Source: Deltaproteobacteria bacterium (GTDB lineage: Bacteria; Desulfobacterota; Desulfuromonadia; Desulfuromonadales; JAAYDE01). From it: a stretch of 64,000 nt of DNA. The position numbers were made by a program, and so were the translations under genes. This document shows positions 38,116-48,844 of this stretch, in pieces. The notes beneath the pieces are model-generated. The model did not search any database, had not been told where the DNA came from, and saw only the letters and a list, made by a program, of their open reading frames with translations. Every line of letters starts with the position of its first letter. The stretch's first letter is position 1. The stretch covers positions 11,944-75,943 of the forward strand of contig JAFGOW010000217.1 of NCBI GenBank assembly GCA_016926265.1, in the 5' to 3' direction.

Positions 38116-38673
38116 ATGAAAAAATTTCCTTTAATCAACGTGAGCCGTTCCGCCGTTTTTTTCCCATTTGTGGTTTTCCCCTTGCTTTTGTCAACCGCCT
38201 TTGGGGCCGGCCCGCTTGAGGAGACTTTTGTGCGGGGAATCCCCTGCGGCAACCTGCTCGCCAAGATAACCCTGCTCGAAAGTTGCCAGGACCTGGAACT
38301 GTTTTTTTCCAAATGGGAACCTCGTGCCGAACGATGCGAGCCCCTGGCCATGACCCTGATCGGATTGAAATTCGTTCAAAATGAACGGACTTGGCAAAAG
38401 GCCCCCCAATATTTTCAGAGAGCGGCCGAGCAGGGTTATGCTCCGGCCCAGATGGAGTTGGGGATTATCTTTGAAAAGGGGCTTGTCCTGCCGCGAGATG
38501 ACAAGCAGGCCTATCTTTGGTATGCCCTTGCCGCCGCCCAGGGAGAGGAGCGGGCAGCCGTCGGGGTAAAACGAATGGAAAATTCCCTTTCTCCTAACGA
38601 CCTCTCCGCCGCACGGGAACAGGTGAAAGATTGGCGTCCGGTCAACTGCCGGCCCCCCTGCCATTTCCCTTGA
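38116..38673 (+). CDS. Secreted Sel1-repeat (TPR-like) protein
   Basis: Signal peptide, then Sel1 repeats (AAEQGYAPAQMELGIIFEKG...KQAYLWYALAAAQG). Confidence 0.75.
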   Translation: MKKFPLINVSRSAVFFPFVVFPLLLSTAFGAGPLEETFVRGIPCGNLLAKITLLESCQDLELFFSKWEPRAERCEPLAMTLIGLKFVQNERTWQKAPQYFQRAAEQGYAPAQMELGIIFEKGLVLPRDDKQAYLWYALAAAQGEERAAVGVKRMENSLSPNDLSAAREQVKDWRPVNCRPPCHFP

Positions 38674-38849
38674 TCCCAAGGTCGTTGAATTGTTCCCTGC
38701 GGAGGGTCGGTGGCCGGGGGCTGGCGACTGTGAGGAGAAAACAACGTGGAGGCGTTACGGGAATTCTCAAAACCGGACCAGTGTGGATCGCGGATTTTCT
38801 CAATGAGGAGGGGTACTTAAGGAAGGAGAAAAGGCCGTAACTGGGCGCG

Positions 38850-39254
38850 TCAGCCTTCCTTTCTCCGGATCAGTTCCTGCTTGACCTTCTCCTGCCAGTA
38901 GCTGAGGGAGAGGGTCGCAAGGTGAACGATCAGGAAGAAAAAGGCGCAGCAGATGGAGAGGATCATCATCGATTCCGAATAGGGAACCCACAACAGAACG
39001 AACATGAGGGTAAACAGGAGGCCCGCGTTGGCGTTCCTTCGGGATTGCCTTCTTTGCAGAAAACGGGTTTTTCGGTTGGTTTCCTTGTCCGGAAAATGGG
39101 TATCGTTAATGGTGGAGACGATGGAGAGGAGATAAAAAAGGGCAGCGAGCAAACAAAAAATGGCAGCGGGTTTGTTTTTGGCGATGTCGTTCCATTCCGT
39201 GACGATGGCGAACAAAAGACAAAGGAAAACGCCATAGTGTGTTATTTTGTTCAT
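38850..39254 (-). CDS. Hypothetical small 4-TM membrane protein
   Basis: 134-aa internal-start version (MNKITHYGVF...) of ORF 38850..39626. Four hydrophobic segments and a basic loop (RKTRFLQRRQSRRN). GGGGG RBS-like tract upstream. No family recognised. Confidence 0.5.
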   Translation of the reverse strand: MNKITHYGVFLCLLFAIVTEWNDIAKNKPAAIFCLLAALFYLLSIVSTINDTHFPDKETNRKTRFLQRRQSRRNANAGLLFTLMFVLLWVPYSESMMILSICCAFFFLIVHLATLSLSYWQEKVKQELIRRKEG

Positions 39255-39540
39255 GGCTGCCCCCGGCCGCTTGAATGATCCCACATGACTTGTTCCGACA
39301 TTATCGCAATCCCTGTGCCTAATTGATAAGTTGTTGGGCCTGCTCAAGAAAAAGTCGGCGAAGAACAAAAGAAAACACTGGAACCGGGTCCGGCGCGGCA
39401 GTTCCCCTGGTTTCCTTAGAAAGGTCCCGCTCTTTACCCATTCCATTTTTAAAAGGACCGCCCGGGCCTCATCGATCTGATAGAATTCTTGGGAATGATG
39501 GCCTTCCCCTCGTGATTGGGTTTCCCCGGAGTCTTTTCCC

Positions 39541-40299
39541 ATGACCAGCCACAAAACCTTTTTTCTATCGTTCCTGCTCTCCTTTCTGCCGTTTCTCATT
39601 GTCCTTTTGGTGCTTTTTCTGGCCAATTTTTACTTGTCCAGAAAATTTGGGGAGAAAACCGAAGGCATCACGCGGAAACAGGTGACGATGCTTTTGCTGA
39701 CTTTGGTGGCGTTTATTTTTCTGATTGCCACGCTTCCTTTCAGCGAAGGGTTCAAAGGGGAGGTTGTCGGTTTTGTGGCTTTGCTGATAGGGGCCGCAAC
39801 GGTTTTAAGCTCCACTCCCTTTTTCAGCAACCTGTTGGCAGGTGTGTTGCTGCGGTCGGCCAAAAGTTTTCGGATCGGGGATTTCATACAGATCCAGGAC
39901 CATTTCGGGCGGGTTTCCGCCCGGGGTCTGTTCCATATCGAAATACAGACCGAAGACGGCGGCCTGACCACGCTCCCCAATCTCTATCTGGCCGCCAATC
40001 CGTTACTGGTGCGTTTCGCGGCCGCCCATTCGGTGTCGATGGAGGTGGCTCTGGGATACGAGGTGCCAGGGATCAAGGCCGAGAATACGCTGATCGCCGG
40101 CGCCGAAAAGGCCGGGCTGAAGGAAATTGTCGTCACTGTCGTCCGGTTGGACGATTTTTTTGTGACCTACCGCCTCAGGGGGCGGGCTGAAGAGGATCGG
40201 GATCTGTTTGCCCTCCGATCCCGTTTGAACTCCCAGGTTCTGGAGGCCCTGCAGGACAGCGGCATCAAAACCGGCTCTTCCTTTCCACGACCGGGGTGA
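39541..40299 (+). CDS. Small mechanosensitive ion channel family protein (MscS-like)
   Basis: Three N-terminal TM helices, pore-helix motif FFSNLLAGVLL, and beta-domain RIGDFIQI..GRV. Confidence 0.8.
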   Translation: MTSHKTFFLSFLLSFLPFLIVLLVLFLANFYLSRKFGEKTEGITRKQVTMLLLTLVAFIFLIATLPFSEGFKGEVVGFVALLIGAATVLSSTPFFSNLLAGVLLRSAKSFRIGDFIQIQDHFGRVSARGLFHIEIQTEDGGLTTLPNLYLAANPLLVRFAAAHSVSMEVALGYEVPGIKAENTLIAGAEKAGLKEIVVTVVRLDDFFVTYRLRGRAEEDRDLFALRSRLNSQVLEALQDSGIKTGSSFPRPG

Positions 40300-40381
40300 C
40301 GACCTTCCCGAAAAGAAGACCAATTCCACCCGCCCTGTCGCCTGAGCCCTTTGAAAACAAAAAATCCCCTTCAGAAAAATT

Positions 40382-41449
40382 ATGAAATCAGCCAAAAAAC
40401 CAAAAACCGCGATCGGCCTTGCGCCGGGATCCCTGATTCATGTCGGTCTCCGGAAACAGGAACGCTCCGTTCTCGATCTCTATCATTACGGACCCGATTT
40501 TTTGGAGAGAAGAACCGATATTATCCTGGAAGACTGCCGCTCTTACCGGGAGTCCGAGGGCGTGACCTGGATCAATCTGGAAGGGATCCATGACGTCTCC
40601 CTGGTGGAAGGGATGGGCGCTTTGTTCGATATCCATTCCTTGGCGCTGGAGGATATTCTGGATACCGATCATCCCCCCAAGCTCGAAATTTTCGAAAAGA
40701 ACATGGTTCTTATCCTGAAGATGCTGACCTTCAACGAGGAGCGGCTGACAATTGAAAAAGAGCAGTTGAGCCTGATTTTGGGAAGAAACCATGTCATCAG
40801 TTTTCAGGAACGGGAACCACCGGGGGACGTCTTTTCAGCTTTGCGCGCCCGCATTGAAAAGAAGGGGGGCCAGATCCGGAACCGCGGCGCCGATTATCTC
40901 GCCTATGCCCTTTTCGATTCGGTGGTCGACAGCTATTTCCTGATCCTTGATCATTTGGGGGATCATTTGATTTCCCTGGAACAGGAGCTGACCGACCATC
41001 CCACCCGCGACGCGCTGGCCCGCATTCATCGTTTTCGCAGTGAACTGACGACGCTTCGGCGGTCGGTGTGGCCGCTGCGGGAAATTGCCGGCAATCTGTT
41101 GCGCAACGATTATGAACTGGTCCATGAAAACATCCGCCCTTTTCTTCGGGACCTTTACGACCATACCATCCAGGTGATCGACGTCCTTGAAATCTATCGG
41201 GATTCCCTGGCCAGCCTCCTTGACCTCTACCTTTCCAGCGCCAGCCACCGCATGAACGAGGTGATGAAGGTGCTGACCATCATCGCCACCCTTTTCATCC
41301 CTCTGACCTTCATCGCCGGCGTCTACGGCATGAACTTCAAATTCATGCCGGAGCTGGAATGGCGCTGGGGATATCCCCTGGTACTGCTTGTCATGGCGGG
41401 GTGCGGGCTCGGGATGATCCGTTTTTTCCGAAAAAAAAACTGGCTGTAA
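40382..41449 (+). CDS. corA: Magnesium/cobalt transporter CorA
   Basis: C-terminal two TM helices with the GVYGMNF signature. Confidence 0.92.
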   Translation: MKSAKKPKTAIGLAPGSLIHVGLRKQERSVLDLYHYGPDFLERRTDIILEDCRSYRESEGVTWINLEGIHDVSLVEGMGALFDIHSLALEDILDTDHPPKLEIFEKNMVLILKMLTFNEERLTIEKEQLSLILGRNHVISFQEREPPGDVFSALRARIEKKGGQIRNRGADYLAYALFDSVVDSYFLILDHLGDHLISLEQELTDHPTRDALARIHRFRSELTTLRRSVWPLREIAGNLLRNDYELVHENIRPFLRDLYDHTIQVIDVLEIYRDSLASLLDLYLSSASHRMNEVMKVLTIIATLFIPLTFIAGVYGMNFKFMPELEWRWGYPLVLLVMAGCGLGMIRFFRKKNWL

Positions 41450-41711
41450 ATATCCGAAAAATTGCCCGCCTCCGGTCACTGCCGGGATGGTTTGCCGTAC
41501 ACACCGTTTCCGGTCAACCATAGCCCGCTCCAAATTCATTTTTAATCCGGCCAAGCCCTCATTTTTTATGAATATTTTTGCATTTCATGCCTTTACTTCC
41601 AGGCCCTTCTCTGTTAACATAACTCGAAATTTTTTTAAATTATGACCACCCGCTGTTTTTGCAATCCCTGGTCACCCCGGAACCGAAAAAGGGGAGGGAA
41701 ATCATCGCCGC

Positions 41712-44330
41712 ATGGCTACAGTCACCCCGATGATGCGTCAATACCTGGAGGCCAAGGCACAACATCCCGACGCCATTCTTTTTTTCCGGATGGGGGATTT
41801 CTACGAAATGTTTCTTGAGGATGCCGTAGTCGCCTCCAGGGCTCTCGACATCGCACTCACCTCACGCAACCGCGGGGAACCGGATGAGGTTCCCATGTGC
41901 GGGATTCCCGTTCACGCCAGCCGTTCCTACATCAACAAGATGGTGGCCAAGGGCTTCAAGGTGGCGGTCTGCGATCAGGTCGAAGACCCCAAAAGCGCCA
42001 AAGGGCTGGTCCGGCGTGAAGTAGTCCGGATCGTCACGCCAGGTCTCAACGCCGATGCCGAGGCTCTCGACCCCAGGGAAAACAATTACCTGATGGGGAT
42101 TTTGGCTGCCGGTAACGGTTCCTTTGGCTGTGCCTGGCTCGACCTGAGCACCGGAGAGTTCCGGGTCGCCGAATTTGGGGAGGGAGAACGGCTGCGGAGC
42201 GAGGTGGTATCCGTCGGCCCCCGCGAAGTGCTGATCCCCGAAGGGGAGGCGGGAGATACCCTGTCGGGAGAAGCGGCTTCCTGGCTTCCCGGCGCCGCCA
42301 TCAGCCGCCTGGCCGAGTGGCGTTTCGAAACCTCCGAGGCCGTACGCACCCTGGAGGATTTTTTTCACTGCGGCGCCCTCGATTCTTTTGGCTGCGCCGA
42401 CCTTTCCGCCGCCGTTCGAGCTGCTGGCGGTGTCATTCGTTATCTGCTGGAAACCCACAACGGGGCTGTTTCCCATATCCGTCCGCCCCAGGTTCTCCAA
42501 AACCGCGACTGCCTGGTCCTTGATGATGTCACGCGGCGCAATCTTGAATTGTCCTGCACCCTCCAGGGGGGGAAGCGGCGCGGTTCGTTGCTGGGGGTGC
42601 TCGACCGCACCGAGACCGCCATGGGGGGCCGCAAACTCTACCACTGGCTCAACTATCCCCTGTTGCAGGTTGCGGAAATCCAGCGTCGGCAGGAGGCTGT
42701 TCAGGAGCTGTTTGAAAACAGCGCCTTGCGGGCCGAAATCCGCCAAATTCTTCATGGAATTTCTGATCTGGAACGACTTAACGCACGGATTTCTCTAGGC
42801 AATGCCAACCCCAGAGAGCTTCTCGGTCTGGCTTCTTCTCTGGAACGGACCGCGGCCTTGCCGCCGCTTTTGGGCAACTGTTCAGCAACCTTGCTTCAGA
42901 GTTTGGGAGCCGCAATCGATTCCTTGCCGAATCTCCGACAAAGAATCGTTCGTTGCCTCAGCGACCAGCCGCCGCTCGGCCTGAAGGAGGGAGGGATTAT
43001 CCGGGACGGTTTCAACGCCGCTTTGGACGAACTGCGTTCCATCAGCCGCGACGGCAAGGGGTGGATCAGCCGGTTGGAACGCCAGGAGCGGGAGCGGACC
43101 GGGATTCCCTCCCTCAAAATCCGCTTCAATCGGGTTTTCGGGTACTTCATCGAAGTGACCAAAGCCCATCTGCATCTGGTTCCCGACGATTTTTTCCGCA
43201 AACAGACCCTCAGCAACGCCGAACGCTACATCACCGAAGCTCTCAAAGGGTACGAAGAAAAAGTACTGCGGGCCGATGAACGGATCATTCAGTTGGAGTA
43301 CGACCTTTTTCAGCAACTCCGGCAAGAGGCGGGCTTTCACGGCCCCGGAATCCAGGGGACCGCCGAGGCGCTGGCCGAAGTGGATGTTCTGGCGGCGCTG
43401 GCCGAGGTGGCCCAGGAGCGGGATTATGTGCGCCCGGTGGTAGATGACGGGGAGGCCCTGATGATCCGCGACGGACGCCACCCCGTGGTTGAGGCCATGA
43501 ACCTCGAGGAACGGTTCGTCCCCAACGATCTGTCCATGAGTGTCCAGGAGGAACAGATCCTGATCCTCACCGGACCCAATATGGCCGGGAAATCCACCTT
43601 TATGCGGCAGGTGGCGTTGATTGTTCTTCTGGCCCAAATCGGCGCTTTCGTTCCCGCCGCCGAGGCCCGCATCGGCGTCGTCGATCGGATCTTCACCCGC
43701 GTCGGGGCCAGCGATAATCTGGGACGGGGACATTCCACCTTCATGGTGGAAATGATCGAAACCGCCCATATTCTTCACCATGCCACCCCTAAAAGCCTGG
43801 TGCTCCTCGATGAAATCGGGCGTGGCACCTCCACTTTCGATGGCCTCAGCATCGCCTGGTCGGTGGTAGAGTTTCTCCACGACGCCGCCGACAAGGGGGC
43901 CAAAACCCTCTTTGCCACCCACTACCATGAGCTGGCGGAGTTGGCCTTGACCCGCCGCCGGGTAAAAAACTTCAACATCGCCGTCAAGGAATGGGATGAC
44001 CGGATCATTTTCCTTCGCAAGATCGTCGCCGGGAGCGCCAGCCATTCCTACGGCATCCAGGTGGCGCGGCTGGCCGGATTGCCGGCCGAGGTCATCACCC
44101 GGGCTCGGGAGATTCTTTCCAATTTGGAAGGTTCCGCCCTCTCGCCGCAGGGCGAACCCAAACTTGCCTTGAGCCGCAAGAACCCGCGGCGTCAGCGGGA
44201 ATCGGCTCAGCTCTCCCTTTTTGCTTCCGTGGAAGAGCGGTTGCGGCAAGCCTTGGAAGGTGTCGAGATTTCAACCATGACCCCTTTGGAGGCCATCAAT
44301 TTTCTCGACCAGCTCAAAAGGATGGTGTGA
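41712..44330 (+). CDS. mutS: DNA mismatch repair protein MutS
   Basis: TPMMRQYLEAKAQHPDAILFFRMGDFYEMF N-terminus and Walker A GPNMAGKST. Confidence 0.96.
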   Translation: MATVTPMMRQYLEAKAQHPDAILFFRMGDFYEMFLEDAVVASRALDIALTSRNRGEPDEVPMCGIPVHASRSYINKMVAKGFKVAVCDQVEDPKSAKGLVRREVVRIVTPGLNADAEALDPRENNYLMGILAAGNGSFGCAWLDLSTGEFRVAEFGEGERLRSEVVSVGPREVLIPEGEAGDTLSGEAASWLPGAAISRLAEWRFETSEAVRTLEDFFHCGALDSFGCADLSAAVRAAGGVIRYLLETHNGAVSHIRPPQVLQNRDCLVLDDVTRRNLELSCTLQGGKRRGSLLGVLDRTETAMGGRKLYHWLNYPLLQVAEIQRRQEAVQELFENSALRAEIRQILHGISDLERLNARISLGNANPRELLGLASSLERTAALPPLLGNCSATLLQSLGAAIDSLPNLRQRIVRCLSDQPPLGLKEGGIIRDGFNAALDELRSISRDGKGWISRLERQERERTGIPSLKIRFNRVFGYFIEVTKAHLHLVPDDFFRKQTLSNAERYITEALKGYEEKVLRADERIIQLEYDLFQQLRQEAGFHGPGIQGTAEALAEVDVLAALAEVAQERDYVRPVVDDGEALMIRDGRHPVVEAMNLEERFVPNDLSMSVQEEQILILTGPNMAGKSTFMRQVALIVLLAQIGAFVPAAEARIGVVDRIFTRVGASDNLGRGHSTFMVEMIETAHILHHATPKSLVLLDEIGRGTSTFDGLSIAWSVVEFLHDAADKGAKTLFATHYHELAELALTRRRVKNFNIAVKEWDDRIIFLRKIVAGSASHSYGIQVARLAGLPAEVITRAREILSNLEGSALSPQGEPKLALSRKNPRRQRESAQLSLFASVEERLRQALEGVEISTMTPLEAINFLDQLKRMV

Positions 44331-44333
44331 CCC

Positions 44334-46148
44334 ATGAATCGCTTTCGGTCGATGTTTACGATAATCTGCTGGTGTCTGATGGCGGCTCTCTGCTGGGGGG
44401 ATGCCGGGGATGCCCAGTTCCAGAATCTCCAGAGCGATTACGTGGCGTTGCTGAAATCCGACCACCACCGGCTCTCCAGGGAAAAATGGGAACGGGTCAT
44501 CGACGGTTTTGAAAAATTTTTTCTGGCCTTCCCCCAACATGAGAAGGGGCCGGCCGCTTTGTTCATGGCGGGAAGGGCGACCCAGGGCCTGTACCGGATT
44601 TCCCGTCGCAACAACGATGCCCGCCGCGGCGCCGATTTTTTCGACCGCTTGGAAAAAACCTTCTCCTGCCACAATCTGGCCGACGACGCGCTGGTGATGG
44701 CCGCCGAAATCCACGAAGGAATTCTCGGTGACCGGGAGGGGGCTATTGACCGCTATCGAAAGGTAGCCGCCTTGCATCCGCAGGGGGATCAGGTTCATCT
44801 GGCCAGGAAACGCCTCGAGGAATTGGGGGAGGCTTCTCCCGTACCGCCCCCGGTGCCGCCTTCGGTCCCGGAGGCCAAAGGTCTCCCCGGTCTGGTTAAG
44901 GTCGAGGGAATCCGCCATTCCTTTGCGGAAAACATTTCCAGGGTGGTGCTGGATGTCACCGGCCCCGCCATTTTCTTCTACAACGTCCTGCCGGGCAATG
45001 AACAGGAAAAGCCGGGCCGCCGTCTTTACGTCGATTTGAAGGATTCCCTTCCCGCTCAGGGGCTCCCCCTGAAAATGGAGATCAATGACCCTTTCATCCA
45101 GCGTATCCGAACCGGCCGTCCGTTGCCCCACCAGACCCGGATCGTGCTCGATCTGAAAACGATGGAAGACTTTCGTGTTTTCTCCCTGGAGAATCCGTCG
45201 CGGGTGGTGATCGAAATCGCCGGGCAGAAAGACGGCTGGGCGAAAGTGGCGGCCGACCAATCAGACAACGTTCCGGCCCCGGTGGCCCAAGTCGAGGAAC
45301 CTCCGGCGCCCCCCCCTGCTGCTGAAAAAAGCCCGGTTGCCGCCCAACAACATCCACCCCTTCCATCCAAGCCGGATGAGCTTTCCTCCATTCTGGAAAA
45401 AACCGTGGCCGAGGCCCCCCCCTGTCCGGTTATCCCGCTGCCGGTGACTTCAGGGAAAAACGGCACGCGCCGGATTGTGGTGGATGCCGGCCATGGCGGC
45501 AAGGATCCCGGCGCCATCGGACCGGGCGGCGTTCTGGAAAAGGATGTAGTGCTGAACATTGCCAAAAAACTGGCCAAGCGGCTCGAGAACGAATTCCGGT
45601 GTGAAGTCATCCTGACCCGCGATAAAGACGTTTTTATCCCTCTCGAAGAACGCACTGCCATGGCCAACCGTCTCAACGCCGATCTGTTCATTTCCATTCA
45701 TGCCAATGCCAGCCTCAATCGCCGACTGCGGGGAGTCGAAACCTATTACCTGAACTTTTCAAAGAACGAGGAAGCCGCCTCCGTGGCTGCCCGGGAAAAC
45801 AACACCACTCTGGAGGAGGTCGGCGATCTGGAACTGATTCTTTTTGACCTCATGGCTCATGCCAAGATCAATGAATCGAGCCTTCTGGCCGACAAGGTCC
45901 AGAAGGGGATGATCAGCGCCCTCAAGGGCCGCTACCCCAACATCCAGGACAACGGCGTCCGCCAAGGCCCCTTTCATGTGCTGCTGGGCGCCAACATGCC
46001 TTCCATATTGGTGGAAACCGCCTTCATCAGCAACCGGGGAGATGAATCGCGGCTGGTGAGCCACAAATATCAGGAAGGGGTGGTTGAGGGGATCCTGGCC
46101 GGGGTCAAAAATTTCGATCTGACTCTCAACCGGCTCGCCAAACGATGA
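44334..46148 (+). CDS. amiC: N-acetylmuramoyl-L-alanine amidase with N-terminal TPR-like and AMIN domains
   Basis: Signal peptide, a YbgF-like helical repeat region, an AMIN-like beta domain, a Pro-rich linker, and Amidase_3 motifs VVDAGHGGKDPGA and SIHANA. Confidence 0.88.
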   Translation: MNRFRSMFTIICWCLMAALCWGDAGDAQFQNLQSDYVALLKSDHHRLSREKWERVIDGFEKFFLAFPQHEKGPAALFMAGRATQGLYRISRRNNDARRGADFFDRLEKTFSCHNLADDALVMAAEIHEGILGDREGAIDRYRKVAALHPQGDQVHLARKRLEELGEASPVPPPVPPSVPEAKGLPGLVKVEGIRHSFAENISRVVLDVTGPAIFFYNVLPGNEQEKPGRRLYVDLKDSLPAQGLPLKMEINDPFIQRIRTGRPLPHQTRIVLDLKTMEDFRVFSLENPSRVVIEIAGQKDGWAKVAADQSDNVPAPVAQVEEPPAPPPAAEKSPVAAQQHPPLPSKPDELSSILEKTVAEAPPCPVIPLPVTSGKNGTRRIVVDAGHGGKDPGAIGPGGVLEKDVVLNIAKKLAKRLENEFRCEVILTRDKDVFIPLEERTAMANRLNADLFISIHANASLNRRLRGVETYYLNFSKNEEAASVAARENNTTLEEVGDLELILFDLMAHAKINESSLLADKVQKGMISALKGRYPNIQDNGVRQGPFHVLLGANMPSILVETAFISNRGDESRLVSHKYQEGVVEGILAGVKNFDLTLNRLAKR

Positions 46149-48844
46149 ATGTCGCCGAACTTCTGGACGGGGTTTTCCCCGGCAGCGGCGCCCCGCTGGC
46201 AGCGACGGAGCCTTTCGAACAGCGCCGCCAACGGCTTTTGGATGATTACGGACGGCGTCTGGAAATCTGTCGGGAACGGATTCAGGCCTGGCACCGTTGT
46301 GGCGCTTCGGGGCGGGAGGTGGTCGGAGCTCTTACCAAAACCACGGACGCCCTGATCCGATCTCTGTTCCGGGAGGTTTCTCCCCGGCCTCCGGAACCGC
46401 CAGGCATTTCCCTGATCGCCCTGGGCGGCTATGGACGCGGCGAACTGAACCCCCGCTCGGACATCGATCTGATGTTCTGCCATGACCGCCGGCGCCGGAC
46501 CGCTTCCGAAGAGATCGCCCAACGGATTCTTTATCTGCTCTGGGACCTGGGCTTCGACGTCGGTTCCTCGGTGCGAACCTGCGAAGACTGTCTGGAAATG
46601 AGCCGCCAGGATCTGACCATTCGGACTTCGCTGCTCGATTCCCGTTTTCTGGCCGGAGATCCTGGATTTTTCAAGGAATATGAAAGGATTGTTCTGGTCC
46701 AGGTCGGAAGTATTGACAGCCGGCAGTTTGTCCGCGACAAGCTGGCCGAGAGCGAAACCCGCCAGCGCAAGTTCGGTTCCTCCGTCTATCTGCTGGAGCC
46801 CAACATCAAGGAGGGCAAAGGAGGGCTGCGCGAGCTGCACACCGCCTTCTGGGTCGCCAAGGTTCACTACAAGGTCCGGTCCCCACACGAATTGATCCAT
46901 AAAGGGGTTCTGAGCGAAAGGGGATTGATGGAAATCGAAGCCGCCTTCGATTACCTGTGGCGGATCCGGAACGAGCTTCATTACCTGCGGCAACGGAAGT
47001 GCGATCAGCTGCAGTTCCCCGACCAGGAGCGGATCTCGAAGTTCCTGGGCTACCAGGATCGGAAAAACGCCCTCGCTGTGGAACAGTTCATGCGGGACTA
47101 CTACACCCATGCCGCCCATGTCATCGAACTGGCCGCGGCCTTGACCGCCTCCGCAGCCGACCTTCCGCAGGGGCTGAAATTCCGATTCGGGTTCCGCACC
47201 CCTCGCCCTCTCGACGAGTATTTTTTTGTTCAGCAGGGTGAGTTGCGGGCCTTTCGAGGGGAAGTATTCTCTGAAAACCCCGTTCTTCTGCTCCAGGCAT
47301 TCCGGCACAGCCAACACCAGGGGGTGAAGCTGAGTTTTCAGCTGGAGAAAATCGTCCGCGACCAGGTGGATCGGATCACCGATCGGTGGCGGCGGTCGCG
47401 GGAGATGGGCCGGCTCTTTCTGGAAATTCTTCGGGCTCCCAAAGGAGTCTCCGAGACCCTGAGGGAAATGCACCGGCTTCACTTCCTTCACCATTTCATC
47501 CCGGAAATGGCCAACATCTTCTGCATGGTGCAACATGACGCCTACCACATCTACACCGTCGATATCCACTCGCTGTTCGCGGTCGAGGAACTGGCACGCC
47601 TGTGGCGGGGGGACTATGCCGGCGTCTATCCCTTTCTGACCGAGGTTTCCAAGGGTGTTGAAAAAAGAGAGCTGCTGCTGCTGGCGGCGCTGCTCCACGA
47701 TGTCGGCAAGGGGGAGGGTTCCAATCACGCCGAAAAAGGAGCGCGGATGATCCCCACCATCGCCCGGCGTCTGGGGCTGGGAAAAGAAGACGGCCGGCGC
47801 CTTGAGTTTTTGGTCCGGCATCACCTGCTCATGGCTCACATCGCCCAGCGACGAGATTTAAACGACGGCAAAATGATCCAGGATTTCGCCCGTCTCATGG
47901 GCATGAGCGAAAACCTCAAGATGCTGTTTTTGCTTACTTTCGCCGATCTCAAGGCGGTCGGTCCGGAAGTCTGGACCCCCTGGAAAAGTTATCTTCTCGC
48001 CGAACTCTATGAAAAAGCCTTCAACATTCTGGAGAAGGGGGACTTTTTTCAGGAGAAAAACTCGGAAAAGGTTCTGCTCCGCAAGCGGCGGGTGCTGGAA
48101 ATTCTCGCCGAGGAGTTCGGAGAACGCGCCGTCAAGGAAGCCTTGAAATATTTGGAAACCCGCTATTTTCTTGGGCACGGGACCACCGAGATCACCGCTC
48201 ACCTGAGAGTCCTGTTAAGCCGCGGGGAAAAGACCCTGGCGATGAAGGCGGAACCGGTTCCCGGCACCGAACAGACCCGCCTGATCCTCTCCACCCTGGA
48301 CCTCCCGGGGCTCTTTTCCATGATTGCCGGTGTGCTGGCGGCGGTGCGGATCAACATTCTCGGCGCCCATATCTATACCCTTGGCAACGGGGTGGCCCTC
48401 GATATCCTCCAGGTCGATGGGGGCGGCAGGGCTATTGAAGATCCCCGCAAGCTGGAACGGGTTCAGGCCAATCTGACTGCTGCCCTCGAAGGCAGGGTGC
48501 GGGTCGAGGATCTGGTTGCCAAAAGCCGCACCGGCCACGGCTCTTTCCAACCGGCCGTCCCCCAGCGGTTCCCCGACCGGATCGAGATCGACAACGACGT
48601 TTCCACTCACTATACCGTGGTGGATATCTACGCCCACGACCGCGTCGGGCTTCTCTACGATATCACCCGCACCCTGGCGGCGATGAATCTCTCCATAGGG
48701 GTTTCCAGGATATCCACCAAGGTCGATCAGGCGGCCGATACTTTTTACGTCAAGGACATCTTCGGGCATAAAATCACCCTGCCGGAAAAACTCGCCGAGC
48801 TGAAGGAAAAGCTATTAACCGTATTGGGAGGGGAAGGTGCCTGA
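46145..48844 (+). CDS. glnD: [Protein-PII] uridylyltransferase/uridylyl-removing enzyme
   Basis: 899 aa. Nucleotidyltransferase GGYGRGELNPRSDIDL, an HD domain (LLHDVGK), and two C-terminal ACT domains. Confidence 0.92.
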   Translation: MNVAELLDGVFPGSGAPLAATEPFEQRRQRLLDDYGRRLEICRERIQAWHRCGASGREVVGALTKTTDALIRSLFREVSPRPPEPPGISLIALGGYGRGELNPRSDIDLMFCHDRRRRTASEEIAQRILYLLWDLGFDVGSSVRTCEDCLEMSRQDLTIRTSLLDSRFLAGDPGFFKEYERIVLVQVGSIDSRQFVRDKLAESETRQRKFGSSVYLLEPNIKEGKGGLRELHTAFWVAKVHYKVRSPHELIHKGVLSERGLMEIEAAFDYLWRIRNELHYLRQRKCDQLQFPDQERISKFLGYQDRKNALAVEQFMRDYYTHAAHVIELAAALTASAADLPQGLKFRFGFRTPRPLDEYFFVQQGELRAFRGEVFSENPVLLLQAFRHSQHQGVKLSFQLEKIVRDQVDRITDRWRRSREMGRLFLEILRAPKGVSETLREMHRLHFLHHFIPEMANIFCMVQHDAYHIYTVDIHSLFAVEELARLWRGDYAGVYPFLTEVSKGVEKRELLLLAALLHDVGKGEGSNHAEKGARMIPTIARRLGLGKEDGRRLEFLVRHHLLMAHIAQRRDLNDGKMIQDFARLMGMSENLKMLFLLTFADLKAVGPEVWTPWKSYLLAELYEKAFNILEKGDFFQEKNSEKVLLRKRRVLEILAEEFGERAVKEALKYLETRYFLGHGTTEITAHLRVLLSRGEKTLAMKAEPVPGTEQTRLILSTLDLPGLFSMIAGVLAAVRINILGAHIYTLGNGVALDILQVDGGGRAIEDPRKLERVQANLTAALEGRVRVEDLVAKSRTGHGSFQPAVPQRFPDRIEIDNDVSTHYTVVDIYAHDRVGLLYDITRTLAAMNLSIGVSRISTKVDQAADTFYVKDIFGHKITLPEKLAELKEKLLTVLGGEGA

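Noticed and set aside
46070-47839. 589-aa antisense ORF within glnD. Similar cases: 60700-62595 in infB, 42882-44249 in mutS, 24169-25482 in the phosphohexomutase gene, 54327-55508, 30178-31266, 9721-10782, 3741-5087.
   Set aside because: The reasoning is the same for all of them. Each overlaps a strongly supported gene on the opposite strand, and each has an Arg/Gly/Pro-rich composition with no family motifs.
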